DNA of 64,000 nucleotides from Reclinomonas americana ATCC 50394 (lineage: Eukaryota): assembly GCA_048213135.1 (NCBI GenBank), contig PS015009.1, forward strand, positions 1 through 64,000, in the 5' to 3' direction. The translations under genes and the position numbers were made by a program. The notes beneath the pieces are model-generated. The model was not told where the DNA came from. It was given only the letters and a program-made list of their open reading frames with translations, and ran no database searches. Positions 50,251 through 58,868 of this stretch are shown here, piece by piece (within the stretch, counting starts at the first letter, position 1; every line of letters starts with the position of its first letter).

Positions 50251-50314
50251 AGGTATGTTTCGCTTCCGTGTTCAAGAACTTTACCAGAAATTGTTAAAAT
50301 GGGATTCCCAATCT

Positions 50315-51973
50315 TTAACGTCCCAGCCGGAACGACAGCCCTACATTAAGTCCGGCCCGGTGCAGGTATTTGTAATTGATCATATCGGGCATCCGGTAGC
50401 GTATCATATTCAGCTGTAATACGGGTTCTGCAAACAATTGCACATGGCTGCCCCAGTTCCGGCCCAGCCGCAGTCCCGCAAAGATATCCGCAGTGAATTG
50501 CTTATCACCGGCCCTTTTTTTCTGCGACCCGGCATAATCCGCCACCAGGCTGCCGCTGATGCTGTTTTTATAATCGGTACTGATATTAAAGTTGAGGCCG
50601 CCATTAAAAGACAAGCACCACCCCGCATGTTCCCACAAACGGTATTGTATAAAAACGGGAACACTTACCATAGCATAACTGTTCACCGCGTTGATGATGC
50701 GTTTGCCGGTAGCGGTACTGGACACCGTATCATCAACCAGTGCTGTACCTGTGCTGTTCAGCCGTTTAACGATCGTATAGGTGGTGGTGGTTTCTTTTCC
50801 GGACAAGCGAACGGTCTCTTTAATACGTGCATACTGCAACCCGGCACCCAGGCAGGTTTTCTTTCCTGTTCTGAAGCGCAGGGCTATATTAAAACTTACC
50901 GCCGGGTCTGCATGACTTTGTATATCATCTGCATGGTATTCGGTTGTGGTCATGAACCCGGTGCTGTTGCGCTGTATCGACAACAGTCTTGCATTCTGCT
51001 GCAAAGGCAGGAAAGGCATGGCGCTGATGTCAACGAAAATAGTACCCTTCTTTTTCTCCTTTGGTTTCTCCGGCAACAGCACGGTCACGGCTGCTGTATC
51101 TTTAGTAAAGGTGCTGTCCTTTTTAGTTGATGGTGTTTGTTTTGCGATCGTTGAGCTGTCGGGGTTACTAGTGGCTGGAACAGCAGTTACAACCCATTCA
51201 CTGTCTTCACCCGGCATATCTTCCTTATGCTCTTCCATGCCAGGCGCAGTAATCGTCATTTTAGTAACCGCCTTTCCTGTACCCTTCTTTCTTTTTCCTG
51301 TCCACCAACCATCGCCTGCGGTTTTCTTTCTGCTTTTTTTACGCGTTGTTTTTCCGGTGATATCATCCAAAAGCGAACCATCATCATTCTGCAATTGCGT
51401 AACTGCTTGTGAACGATGATCCCGGATTTTCCGGGCGCCTTTACCTGAAGCCTTATTACTTGCCTCATTAAAGATGCTGTTATTCACATCCGTATTTTTC
51501 ATTCCTTGTTGCGGGATGTTGTTGCCGGGTTTTATCGCAGGTATTTTTTTTATTGTTGCTGCCCCCGTTCCTGTTTTTTGCACCGGGTCTGTGTTACCTG
51601 TTGAAGCTTTACTGTTATCGCCCCCATTGCCGGTAGCTGTTAGGTCATACTGCCTGTTATTATCCTTATCATGATCATTGGAAGAAGACTGCTGCGATGA
51701 TGGATTTTCATTTGTTAACTGACCTGCTTCCTGCTGAATACTCTTTTCCCGCTGTGCCAGTTGTTGTTTATCATTACCTCCGGCAGGAGACTGGTAACGG
51801 TATACGCCATAAGTTCCCAGCCCCAGCAATAGCAACAGCGGCAACCACCAGAAGGCCCCATACCGGCGCTTCTTTTTTTGTTTTACGATATTGTTCCAGG
51901 CATCAGATGGCACAGGGGCTTCATGGCCCAGCGCTTTTTCTTTTATGATATGGTCAAAGGAACGCTGTTTCAT
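50315..51973 (-). CDS. Probable dual-membrane-spanning anti-sigma factor (N-terminal anti-sigma helix, TM, disordered linker, C-terminal beta-barrel)
   Basis: FD..IKEK..HEAPVP..AW..I N-domain; TM WWLPLLLLLGLG; about 240-aa low-complexity linker; amphipathic strands ending GLNVGLSFRL; overlaps the sigma stop codon by 4 bp. Confidence 0.72.
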   Translation of the reverse strand: MKQRSFDHIIKEKALGHEAPVPSDAWNNIVKQKKKRRYGAFWWLPLLLLLGLGTYGVYRYQSPAGGNDKQQLAQREKSIQQEAGQLTNENPSSQQSSSNDHDKDNNRQYDLTATGNGGDNSKASTGNTDPVQKTGTGAATIKKIPAIKPGNNIPQQGMKNTDVNNSIFNEASNKASGKGARKIRDHRSQAVTQLQNDDGSLLDDITGKTTRKKSRKKTAGDGWWTGKRKKGTGKAVTKMTITAPGMEEHKEDMPGEDSEWVVTAVPATSNPDSSTIAKQTPSTKKDSTFTKDTAAVTVLLPEKPKEKKKGTIFVDISAMPFLPLQQNARLLSIQRNSTGFMTTTEYHADDIQSHADPAVSFNIALRFRTGKKTCLGAGLQYARIKETVRLSGKETTTTYTIVKRLNSTGTALVDDTVSSTATGKRIINAVNSYAMVSVPVFIQYRLWEHAGWCLSFNGGLNFNISTDYKNSISGSLVADYAGSQKKRAGDKQFTADIFAGLRLGRNWGSHVQLFAEPVLQLNMIRYRMPDMINYKYLHRAGLNVGLSFRLGR

Positions 51974-52509
51974 ATCGTTACCAGGTTAAAGCATTTTAAA
52001 ATAAGTCCCTGCAGCATTTTGCGGGCTTTCAGTAATTGTGTTCTTGAAGTGGAGGACTGTATATTCAGCATAACGGCAATCTCTTCATGACTGTATCCTT
52101 CTATTACATGCAGGTTGAAAACGGTACGGTAACCGTCGGGTAAACTGCGGATAAGCCGGTGTATTTCTTCTTCGGATATTTTGGAAAGTACGGTTGCATC
52201 ATCTGAAGGTGTATCCAGGTGTTCTTCAGCGATCTCATCAAAACGCAGTTTCTTTTTACTGAACTGGCGTATGGCCACACTCACAAAAACCCGGCGTATC
52301 CAGCCTTCCAGGCTGCCCTGGTTACGGAACTGGTGTATATAATCAAATACTTTTACAAACCCCACCTGGAGAATATCCTGTGCTTCAGGCTGATCCTTGG
52401 CATAACGCAGGCATACCGACATCATCTTACCGGCATATTTGTCGAACAACATGCGCTGGCAGTCATTATCCCGGTTGATGCATCCTTTTATCAGTTCCTG
52501 TTCTGTCAA
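51970..52509 (-). CDS. ECF RNA polymerase sigma factor
   Basis: Region 2 AQDILQ.GF.K..GSLEGWIRR; region 4 LPDGYRTVFNL..EGYSHEEIA; TTG start. Confidence 0.95.
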   Translation of the reverse strand: MTEQELIKGCINRDNDCQRMLFDKYAGKMMSVCLRYAKDQPEAQDILQVGFVKVFDYIHQFRNQGSLEGWIRRVFVSVAIRQFSKKKLRFDEIAEEHLDTPSDDATVLSKISEEEIHRLIRSLPDGYRTVFNLHVIEGYSHEEIAVMLNIQSSTSRTQLLKARKMLQGLILKCFNLVTI

Positions 52510-52554
52510 GTTCCGTGGTTTAGCAAGGGGTTCCTGTTATGGTTTCAAATGGTA

Positions 52555-52580
52555 AAAGAGCAGAAGTATTTCTGCTCTTT
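52555..52580 (-). terminator. Hairpin/terminator after the lipoprotein gene
   Basis: AAAGAGCAGAA-GTAT-TTCTGCTCTTT. Confidence 0.6.
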
Positions 52581-52600
52581 ACAAAGAAAACGGGTAATCC

Positions 52601-54379
52601 TCAGTTAAAACGTTTTATCCTGAAATTGTAATTCACATTATAGATGGCATTGCTCACAAAATCGAGTGTCAATCCGCTGAAGCTGCCACTGATGAACCCG
52701 CCGATGTCACCATACTCCGTAATGGTAACGGTAAGGGGTACGGGCGCATAGCCCCTGCCACTTGGAAAACCCGGCGACCAGATGTCGGTTACTTTATGCC
52801 CGCTGCCCAGCGCAGTACCACCATCAAACTGGAAGTTCATATCCGGGCTCGGACTTGAATTCAGGTGTATAATAGCCGTCCATGGGTTGGGCGACAGGTT
52901 ATAGCCGGCAAGTGTAGCCGCAGGTTCGGTAATGGAATAAGGTGTACCGTTGAGCGTGTAATTGATGAACCCGAGTGAGCTGGTACCGCAGGCTGATAAG
53001 GCGCCCAGGTTATTCACGCCAGGTACTAAGGTTACTGATTGCGGGCTGCTTTGCTGGTGCGTGGTATTATCTACTACAACATAATTCACTGTGGTATTAG
53101 CGCAAACAAGGCCGGTAAAGCTGAAACTGCCGTTGGTAATGGCGATGCGGTTATAAAAACCATGATCATAGGTTTGCACATAACCATCGGTTACAGGCTG
53201 CCCGCTGCAATTGGTGGCTGTGCCGGTAATCGTTACCATGGCTTGTCCCAGGTTGCCGGTCAGTACACCCAGGTCAACATTACTGCTGCCTGTTGTGAAA
53301 GCGTGTGAGTAAGCGGAGTTGGCACAGGTGGTCATCACATCCAGTATGAGATTACTGTTGGCAGGAATGGCGCCGGTTACATCACCGTTCGCGTCGGTAT
53401 AACCAAATTTACCGTAGCCAGCATTGGTGGGCATACCGGCTATATTGATTACTACCGGTACATTGGCCAGTGGCTGCAACGAAGCGTTAAGCACACGTGC
53501 CGTAAAGTTCACCAGCGGTATGCCGGTTGCACCATCCCAGAAAGAGAAATGGCTGACCGTACCCACATAAGCGTTGCCGCTTTTTTGTGCGCTGCCCTCC
53601 TGTTTCCATAAACCATTGGTTTCATCGAAATACCAGAGCGCTATACTTTGGGGTGCGGAGGCCTGCAATGCGGAAGGGATGGGCAGGGTAAGCGTTGCTT
53701 TACTCCTTGCCGCTACCTGCAGTTTCTCTCCGCCGCTGCCGGTGAGTTCCACGGCAATGGCGGTAACAGATTGTAATAAGGTAAGGTATCCGTCGGCATC
53801 AATGGCACGGCCGTCACCGGGTGCAGACAGCTGGAAATCACTGGCGGAAGTCATATCAACGGGACGGGCATTCACCCGCACCTGTCCCGTATAGGCGGAA
53901 CCGTTAGCAGCTACGACTACTCCATTGGGTGGTAGCTGCACCGTTGCGCCGGAAACGGTTACCGATCCGCCTGAAGTGGCATTCACCGTTCCCGCGGATA
54001 CTTTAGCGAGCATTTTCAGGCGTACAAAATTTTCTTTACCTGTGGCAGCAGTGAACGTACGGAAAGCGTCGAAAAGTCCGTCTTTACTCACTTTTACGAA
54101 AGCCGCCAGTTTGGACAGCCGGGCGCCGGCTATTTTAAAATAACCATACTCATCCGTAGTAGTTTGTTTGTCGCCCGCTTTAACTACAGCGCCGGCAACG
54201 GGTTTGTTGTTTTCATCATTCACAAAGCCCGCTACAGAACCGGTGATCGTTACGGTCAAATCCGGCTTGATGGGATCGGTGGTGGGGATATACTGTTCTT
54301 CAGCATAATTTTTCCGGCAGGAAGACACCATCAGTGTGGTTGCCGCGATAAGGATAAGAGATAAGCGATATAAAGACAT
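52601..54379 (-). CDS. Lipoprotein with carboxypeptidase-regulatory-like and ZU5-like domains
   Basis: Lipobox VSSC; G.V.DE..PV.GA.V..TTD..GYF module; LWYFDE..GLWK.EG..VSHFSFW. Confidence 0.8.
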   Translation of the reverse strand: MSLYRLSLILIAATTLMVSSCRKNYAEEQYIPTTDPIKPDLTVTITGSVAGFVNDENNKPVAGAVVKAGDKQTTTDEYGYFKIAGARLSKLAAFVKVSKDGLFDAFRTFTAATGKENFVRLKMLAKVSAGTVNATSGGSVTVSGATVQLPPNGVVVAANGSAYTGQVRVNARPVDMTSASDFQLSAPGDGRAIDADGYLTLLQSVTAIAVELTGSGGEKLQVAARSKATLTLPIPSALQASAPQSIALWYFDETNGLWKQEGSAQKSGNAYVGTVSHFSFWDGATGIPLVNFTARVLNASLQPLANVPVVINIAGMPTNAGYGKFGYTDANGDVTGAIPANSNLILDVMTTCANSAYSHAFTTGSSNVDLGVLTGNLGQAMVTITGTATNCSGQPVTDGYVQTYDHGFYNRIAITNGSFSFTGLVCANTTVNYVVVDNTTHQQSSPQSVTLVPGVNNLGALSACGTSSLGFINYTLNGTPYSITEPAATLAGYNLSPNPWTAIIHLNSSPSPDMNFQFDGGTALGSGHKVTDIWSPGFPSGRGYAPVPLTVTITEYGDIGGFISGSFSGLTLDFVSNAIYNVNYNFRIKRFN

Positions 54380-54630
54380 AATCGGTTGGTTTATTAATAA
54401 GAGACAAAAGCGAAATGCAGTCGTTGCCCGGAACAAGTATTTTTTTATTTACTATGTTAAGGGATTGTTACGCAATCGTTACCGGGCGCAGGTTCCGGGG
54501 GAATAAAAAAAAATTTCAGTAGTGAAAAAAGAGTTGGGCATCCTATCCGCATTCGTCCCAAAGGCAATACAATCAACGGTTTCCTGTACAAAGACTTTGT
54601 TTTGACGGCAAATTTCACACATATATCTGG

Positions 54631-54663
54631 TTTGGATAACGCCTGCACGCTATTGTATCTTTA
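54631..54663 (+). promoter_or_regulatory. Primary-sigma-like promoter
   Basis: TTTG-N21-TATCTTTA, about 140 bp upstream of 54803. Confidence 0.45.
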
Positions 54664-54802
54664 CATCATCAATAACGATACATCATTTGTATCATTAACC
54701 CTGGAAGTCCTCTTCAGCATCCGTAACGATTCCTTCCATATGATATCTCTCGATTGTAAGCTGTGTGCAGAAACATTTTGTTAACCCATTAAATTCATTT
54801 TT

Positions 54803-55207
54803 ATGAAACATCTGAAAATCATCTCTGCCATTGCCCTGTTCACCGCCATTACATTATTTGCACCGGCTGTGAAAGCGACCAACGGCAGCAACGACACCAA
54901 CAACCTCCCCGTAGAACTCAAGTTCATCGGCAAAATAAAGAACCAACCGTTGTTCCAGCTCAACTTCCAGGGAACCGCCCAGGAAAATGAGTTCGACATC
55001 AACATCACTGATCAGAACGGCGTTCTGCTCTACAGTAGTCTTGAAAAAGGAGAAAAATTCAGCAAACAATTTCTGCTGGATACAGATGACCTGGGTGATG
55101 CCATCCTGAAATTCGAGATCACCGGCCGCAAATCAGGTAACACCGTAAGCTACCGTGTTGCACGCAAAGCTGTAGTGCAGGAGAATATGGATGTGGTAAA
55201 ACTCTGA
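54803..55207 (+). CDS. Small secreted beta-sandwich hypothetical protein
   Basis: Signal peptide ending APAVKA; I.I.D.NG..LY..F.K.F motif. Confidence 0.78.
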   Translation: MKHLKIISAIALFTAITLFAPAVKATNGSNDTNNLPVELKFIGKIKNQPLFQLNFQGTAQENEFDINITDQNGVLLYSSLEKGEKFSKQFLLDTDDLGDAILKFEITGRKSGNTVSYRVARKAVVQENMDVVKL

Positions 55208-55243
55208 TGTACTTTTCAACGGGTTTATGTATCTTGTAACCCC

Positions 55244-55753
55244 ATGTATGTAAACCCAACCAGCGATCCGCTTACGGATAAGCTGATTGTCTTTGTTCAA
55301 TCGATCGGCTTATCCGTACGCCTGGACGAAATCAAAGAACCTACCTTTCTGCCCGGTATCTGTATCGAGAACGGGGGACTGGTTATAGACCCGGCTAAAC
55401 TCGAACACCCGGGAGACATTCTTCACGAAGCCGGTCACCTGGCTGTGATGCCGCCTGATGTGCGGCAGACCATGAATGGTGATGTAGGCGGTGGTACCAA
55501 CGAGGACCTTGGTTTTGAAATGATGGCCATGGCCTGGAGTTATGCTGCCTGTATGCACACCGGTACCAGCCCGCTTGAGGTCTTTCACCCGTATGGTTAT
55601 GATGGCGGTGGTGCGGCCATCGCGGACAACTTCAATAAAGGAAGATATTTCGCGGTATGTACCCTGCAATGGATCGGGCTTTGTACCGAACCCAAAGACG
55701 GGCAGGACAACAGTAACGCCTACCCGAAGATGATCAAATGGCTGAGAGAGTGA
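55244..55753 (+). CDS. Hypothetical protein with an HExxH (zincin-like) motif
   Basis: FLPGI, PGDILHEAGH and downstream EMMAMAWSYAA; no signal peptide. Confidence 0.75.
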   Translation: MYVNPTSDPLTDKLIVFVQSIGLSVRLDEIKEPTFLPGICIENGGLVIDPAKLEHPGDILHEAGHLAVMPPDVRQTMNGDVGGGTNEDLGFEMMAMAWSYAACMHTGTSPLEVFHPYGYDGGGAAIADNFNKGRYFAVCTLQWIGLCTEPKDGQDNSNAYPKMIKWLRE

Positions 55754-55768
55754 TCAATTCCTGATCTG

Positions 55769-55972
55769 GAATTATGAATGATGAGTTATGAATCCTGAAT
55801 TCAGTATAGTTCATCCCCTCTATCCAGCATCCTGTATTTTGTATCCCGTACTTTAACAACCATTGCCGATCACCGGGGTCTCGTTGCACGAAGACCCCAT
55901 CGGAACGTCGGCATCCTGTATCCCGCATCTCGTATTTTATATCCTGCATCCTGTATCTGGCATCCGGCATCT
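55769..55972. repeat. Degenerate heptamer arrays (ATGAATT-like and ATCCYGY-like)
   Basis: Includes gcatcctgtatcccgcatctcgta..atcctgcatcctgtatctggcatccggcatc. Confidence 0.75.
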
Positions 55973-55984
55973 CTTTTCTCCAAT

Positions 55985-56016
55985 AAAAAAATCCCACCCT
56001 TTTACCGGGCGGGATT
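55985..56016 (-). terminator. Intrinsic terminator after gdhA
   Basis: AATCCC.CCC..GGG.GGGATT hairpin with an adjacent A-tract. Confidence 0.65.
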
Positions 56017-56040
56017 CAATATCAGAAAATATCTCTTTCC

Positions 56041-57462
56041 TTATGGGAAAATACCCAGTTCAGCGTAGCTGTTGGCCACTTTGTTGATGGCATTCACATA
56101 AGCCGCGGTACGCATATCAGGAATAGAAGGATTGTTGTTCCAGATGTCCATGATCTCACGTGTAGCAGTGATCATGGTTTCTTCCAGTCCGCTGTGCACC
56201 AGGTCCACTTCTTCCGGTCCGTGCATGATGAAGGCTTTTTCCTTATCGTTCACTTTCTTACCGCTCAGTTCTTCGATCTGTCCCAGGATATGAGAGTTCA
56301 GGTTTTCAGTAAAACGTTTCTCCATACGTCCGTAACGAACGTGGCTCAGGTTTTTCAACCATTCGAAATAGCTAACGGTAACACCGCCGGCGTTCAGGTA
56401 CATATCTGGAACGCAGAGGATGCCTTTTTGTGCAAATACCTCGTCAGCTTCCGGTGTACATGGTCCGTTGGCCGCTTCGCCAATGATCTTCGCTTTTACA
56501 CGCGGAGCGTTCTCGCCGTTGATCACGTTCTCCAGCGCGGCGGGGATCAGGATATCACATTCCAGTTCCAGTGCGTCTGTATTTTTTACCAGGTTGGTTG
56601 CGCCGGGGAAGTTAAGAATGCTTCCCGTAGCTTTCCTGTGCTGGAATACTTCTTCTTCATTCAATCCGGCAGCGTTGTAGATAGCGCCTTCGTACTCGGC
56701 CAGCGCCACTACTTTGGCACCTGCCTCACGGAAGAATTTGGCGCTGTGGTAACCCACGTTACCTAGGCCCTGCACCACTACGGTTTTATTGCTGATGCCC
56801 ACTTCCATACCCAGTTTGCTCATAACGTCGGGCATGTTACACACTTCGCGGATGCCATAGAACACACCCAGGCCGGTAGCTTCTTTACGGCCACGAACAC
56901 CACCCTGTGTAACCGGTTTACCTGTTACGCAACCTGCCGCGTCAATTTCGCCGGGCTTCAGTGAAGCGTAGGTATCCACGATCCAGGCCATTTCCCTTTC
57001 GCCTGTTCCGTAATCGGGAGCAGGTACATCGGTACCCGGGCCAATGAAATTTTTACGCACCAGCTCGGCAGTATACCTGCGGGTGATCTTTTCCAGTTCA
57101 TATACGCTGTAATTACGCGGATTGATTTTGATGCCGCCTTTACCGCCGCCGAAAGGTACGTTCACAATGGCGCATTTATAGGTCATCAGGCTGGCCAGGG
57201 CCATTACCTCATCCTGGTTCACTTCATCGCTGAAGCGGATACCGCCCTTACATGGTGCTTTGTGGTGACTGTGTTGTACGCGGTAAGCCTCGATCACTTC
57301 AATGCTTCCATCGTCGCGTTTAACCGGGAAACGCATCTGGTAAACACTATTACAGGCTTTGATCTGTTCCAGGATACCCAGGTCCCAGTTGGTGAATTTA
57401 GCTGCTTTGTCAAAGCTTTTTTCCACGCTCTGGAAAAAGCTATACGGCTGATTTGAACTCAT
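56041..57462 (-). CDS. gdhA: Glu/Leu/Phe/Val dehydrogenase (glutamate dehydrogenase)
   Basis: KGGIRF, PFGGGKGG, DVPAPD, GLGNVG, EAANGP and NAGGVTVSYFEW motifs. Confidence 0.95.
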   Translation of the reverse strand: MSSNQPYSFFQSVEKSFDKAAKFTNWDLGILEQIKACNSVYQMRFPVKRDDGSIEVIEAYRVQHSHHKAPCKGGIRFSDEVNQDEVMALASLMTYKCAIVNVPFGGGKGGIKINPRNYSVYELEKITRRYTAELVRKNFIGPGTDVPAPDYGTGEREMAWIVDTYASLKPGEIDAAGCVTGKPVTQGGVRGRKEATGLGVFYGIREVCNMPDVMSKLGMEVGISNKTVVVQGLGNVGYHSAKFFREAGAKVVALAEYEGAIYNAAGLNEEEVFQHRKATGSILNFPGATNLVKNTDALELECDILIPAALENVINGENAPRVKAKIIGEAANGPCTPEADEVFAQKGILCVPDMYLNAGGVTVSYFEWLKNLSHVRYGRMEKRFTENLNSHILGQIEELSGKKVNDKEKAFIMHGPEEVDLVHSGLEETMITATREIMDIWNNNPSIPDMRTAAYVNAINKVANSYAELGIFP

Positions 57463-57649
57463 AAAATGGTTTTAATTATGCAATCGTTATTGTCGGTTCC
57501 CGCTTTCCGGGGAAGTGAGGAGAACCCTGTTTTACTATTTTTCTGAACCCGGCTGCAGCAATCCTGCCAGGCAGCAGTGGCAGCTTGTCCCGCTTGGAGG
57601 CGGGATCGCATTCTTGTACGATATCGCCCTATGCGGCCGGTCGTTCTTA

Positions 57650-57883
57650 TTAAGACTTATTTTTTTCCAGTCTGCTCACTTTACGGTCTATCGAGAACAC
57701 GTAAATGAACAGCCCGATGAGGATAGTAAGGCATACCGCCACTACCACGTATATCTTTCCGTTGCTGCGCATGAGGTCGGCCATTTCCGGCTTATTCTCC
57801 TGTGCCATCAGTACCGGTCCGCACAGTACGGCCAGCAGCGCCAGGGAAATACGCAACGCAAGGTAACGCAAACGCTTATTCAT
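57650..57883 (-). CDS. ccmD: CcmD-family protein
   Basis: MRSNGKIYVVVAV..IDRKVSRLEK; overlaps the ccmC stop codon. Confidence 0.75.
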   Translation of the reverse strand: MNKRLRYLALRISLALLAVLCGPVLMAQENKPEMADLMRSNGKIYVVVAVCLTILIGLFIYVFSIDRKVSRLEKNKS

Positions 57884-58574
57884 TGATCAATGTTTTATCC
57901 TTTAATAATTGTACCCTTATCCGCAGCGTGGCGATCCAGGTAGCCAGCAGTGTCCATCCGATCACCGCCGGGTAAAATACCATACGCAGGCGACTGTCGA
58001 TGTCCTTGAAGTTAAGTGCCGGGTTACCGCTTTCGCTACCGGGTGCGCCCGGGTGCAGGCTGCCTACCAGTCGTGGAATGATCCAGATGCTGGGGAACAG
58101 CATGGCAAAAGCGAATATATTATATACAGCACTTACCCTTGCTCTTTTATCGATATCGGTGAAGGAGCCTCTCAGTACAAAGTAAGCGCCGTAAATGAGC
58201 AGGGCGATGGCCGCACCGATCAGTTTCGGTTCTTTAAGAATGCTGCCGAGGCTCTGGCTCTGGTCGGTTACCCAGGTGTAGTTGGCCCATATGGTTCCTG
58301 TGGCATAGCCCAGTATACCCATGAATGTGCCTACCGCCGCGAAATTGCTGGCAAAAATATCGCTGCGCAGTTGTGTATTTCGCAGGTATTTGATGCTGTA
58401 TACAAAACTTACCCCAAAAAGGATCATCATGGCAAACCACATACATACATGGAAGTAGAGGTTGCGTATGGATTCATTGAGAATAAAGAGACGGGGTACA
58501 TCCAGTAAGAGCCCTCCTACAATGGTGTAGATCAGCAATAAGAGGGACAATATTTTCCACCAGGTTTTCTTCAC
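57876..58574 (-). CDS. ccmC: Heme exporter/cytochrome c biogenesis protein CcmC
   Basis: ESIRNLYFHV and SLHP His motifs; 6 TM helices; GTG start; atypical WWD loop. Confidence 0.85.
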   Translation of the reverse strand: MKKTWWKILSLLLLIYTIVGGLLLDVPRLFILNESIRNLYFHVCMWFAMMILFGVSFVYSIKYLRNTQLRSDIFASNFAAVGTFMGILGYATGTIWANYTWVTDQSQSLGSILKEPKLIGAAIALLIYGAYFVLRGSFTDIDKRARVSAVYNIFAFAMLFPSIWIIPRLVGSLHPGAPGSESGNPALNFKDIDSRLRMVFYPAVIGWTLLATWIATLRIRVQLLKDKTLINE

Positions 58575-58646
58575 TTAGCAGTGGGATTTGTTGGGTGGCG
58601 CAAAGATAGGGCAGAGATTTGAGTTTTTTACTATTAAGATTCTTTT

Positions 58647-58867
58647 GAGGTTGACATCCCGAGTCTTTTCAGGTTGACATCTACGGTCGATGAGATGTCA
58701 ACCTCCCGATAAGGGATGTCAACCTCTTGTTAAAACACCAAAAATAATAGGGGAAACCCTCAGAATATGGCTGATTTTTCCTTTTTTGGTTGACATCTCC
58801 CGATGAACTGCCCCTGGTAGATGTCAACCTGCCGGCAACTACCAGATTGATAAAGGATGTCAACCTC
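58647..58867. repeat. Cluster of seven GGTTGACATC/GATGTCAACC repeats forming nested palindromes (REP/BIME-like)
   Basis: Forward copies start near 58647, 58671 and 58788; reverse copies near 58693, 58713, 58819 and 58855. Confidence 0.9.
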
Positions 58868-58868
58868 A

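Noticed and set aside
55734..55997. 87-aa minus-strand ORF with repetitive MRD/IQD content
   Set aside because: It is a translation of the heptamer repeat tract.
58647..58867. Possible CRISPR mini-array
   Set aside because: The repeats are only 10-13 bp, occur in both orientations and have irregular spacing. No cas genes are present.
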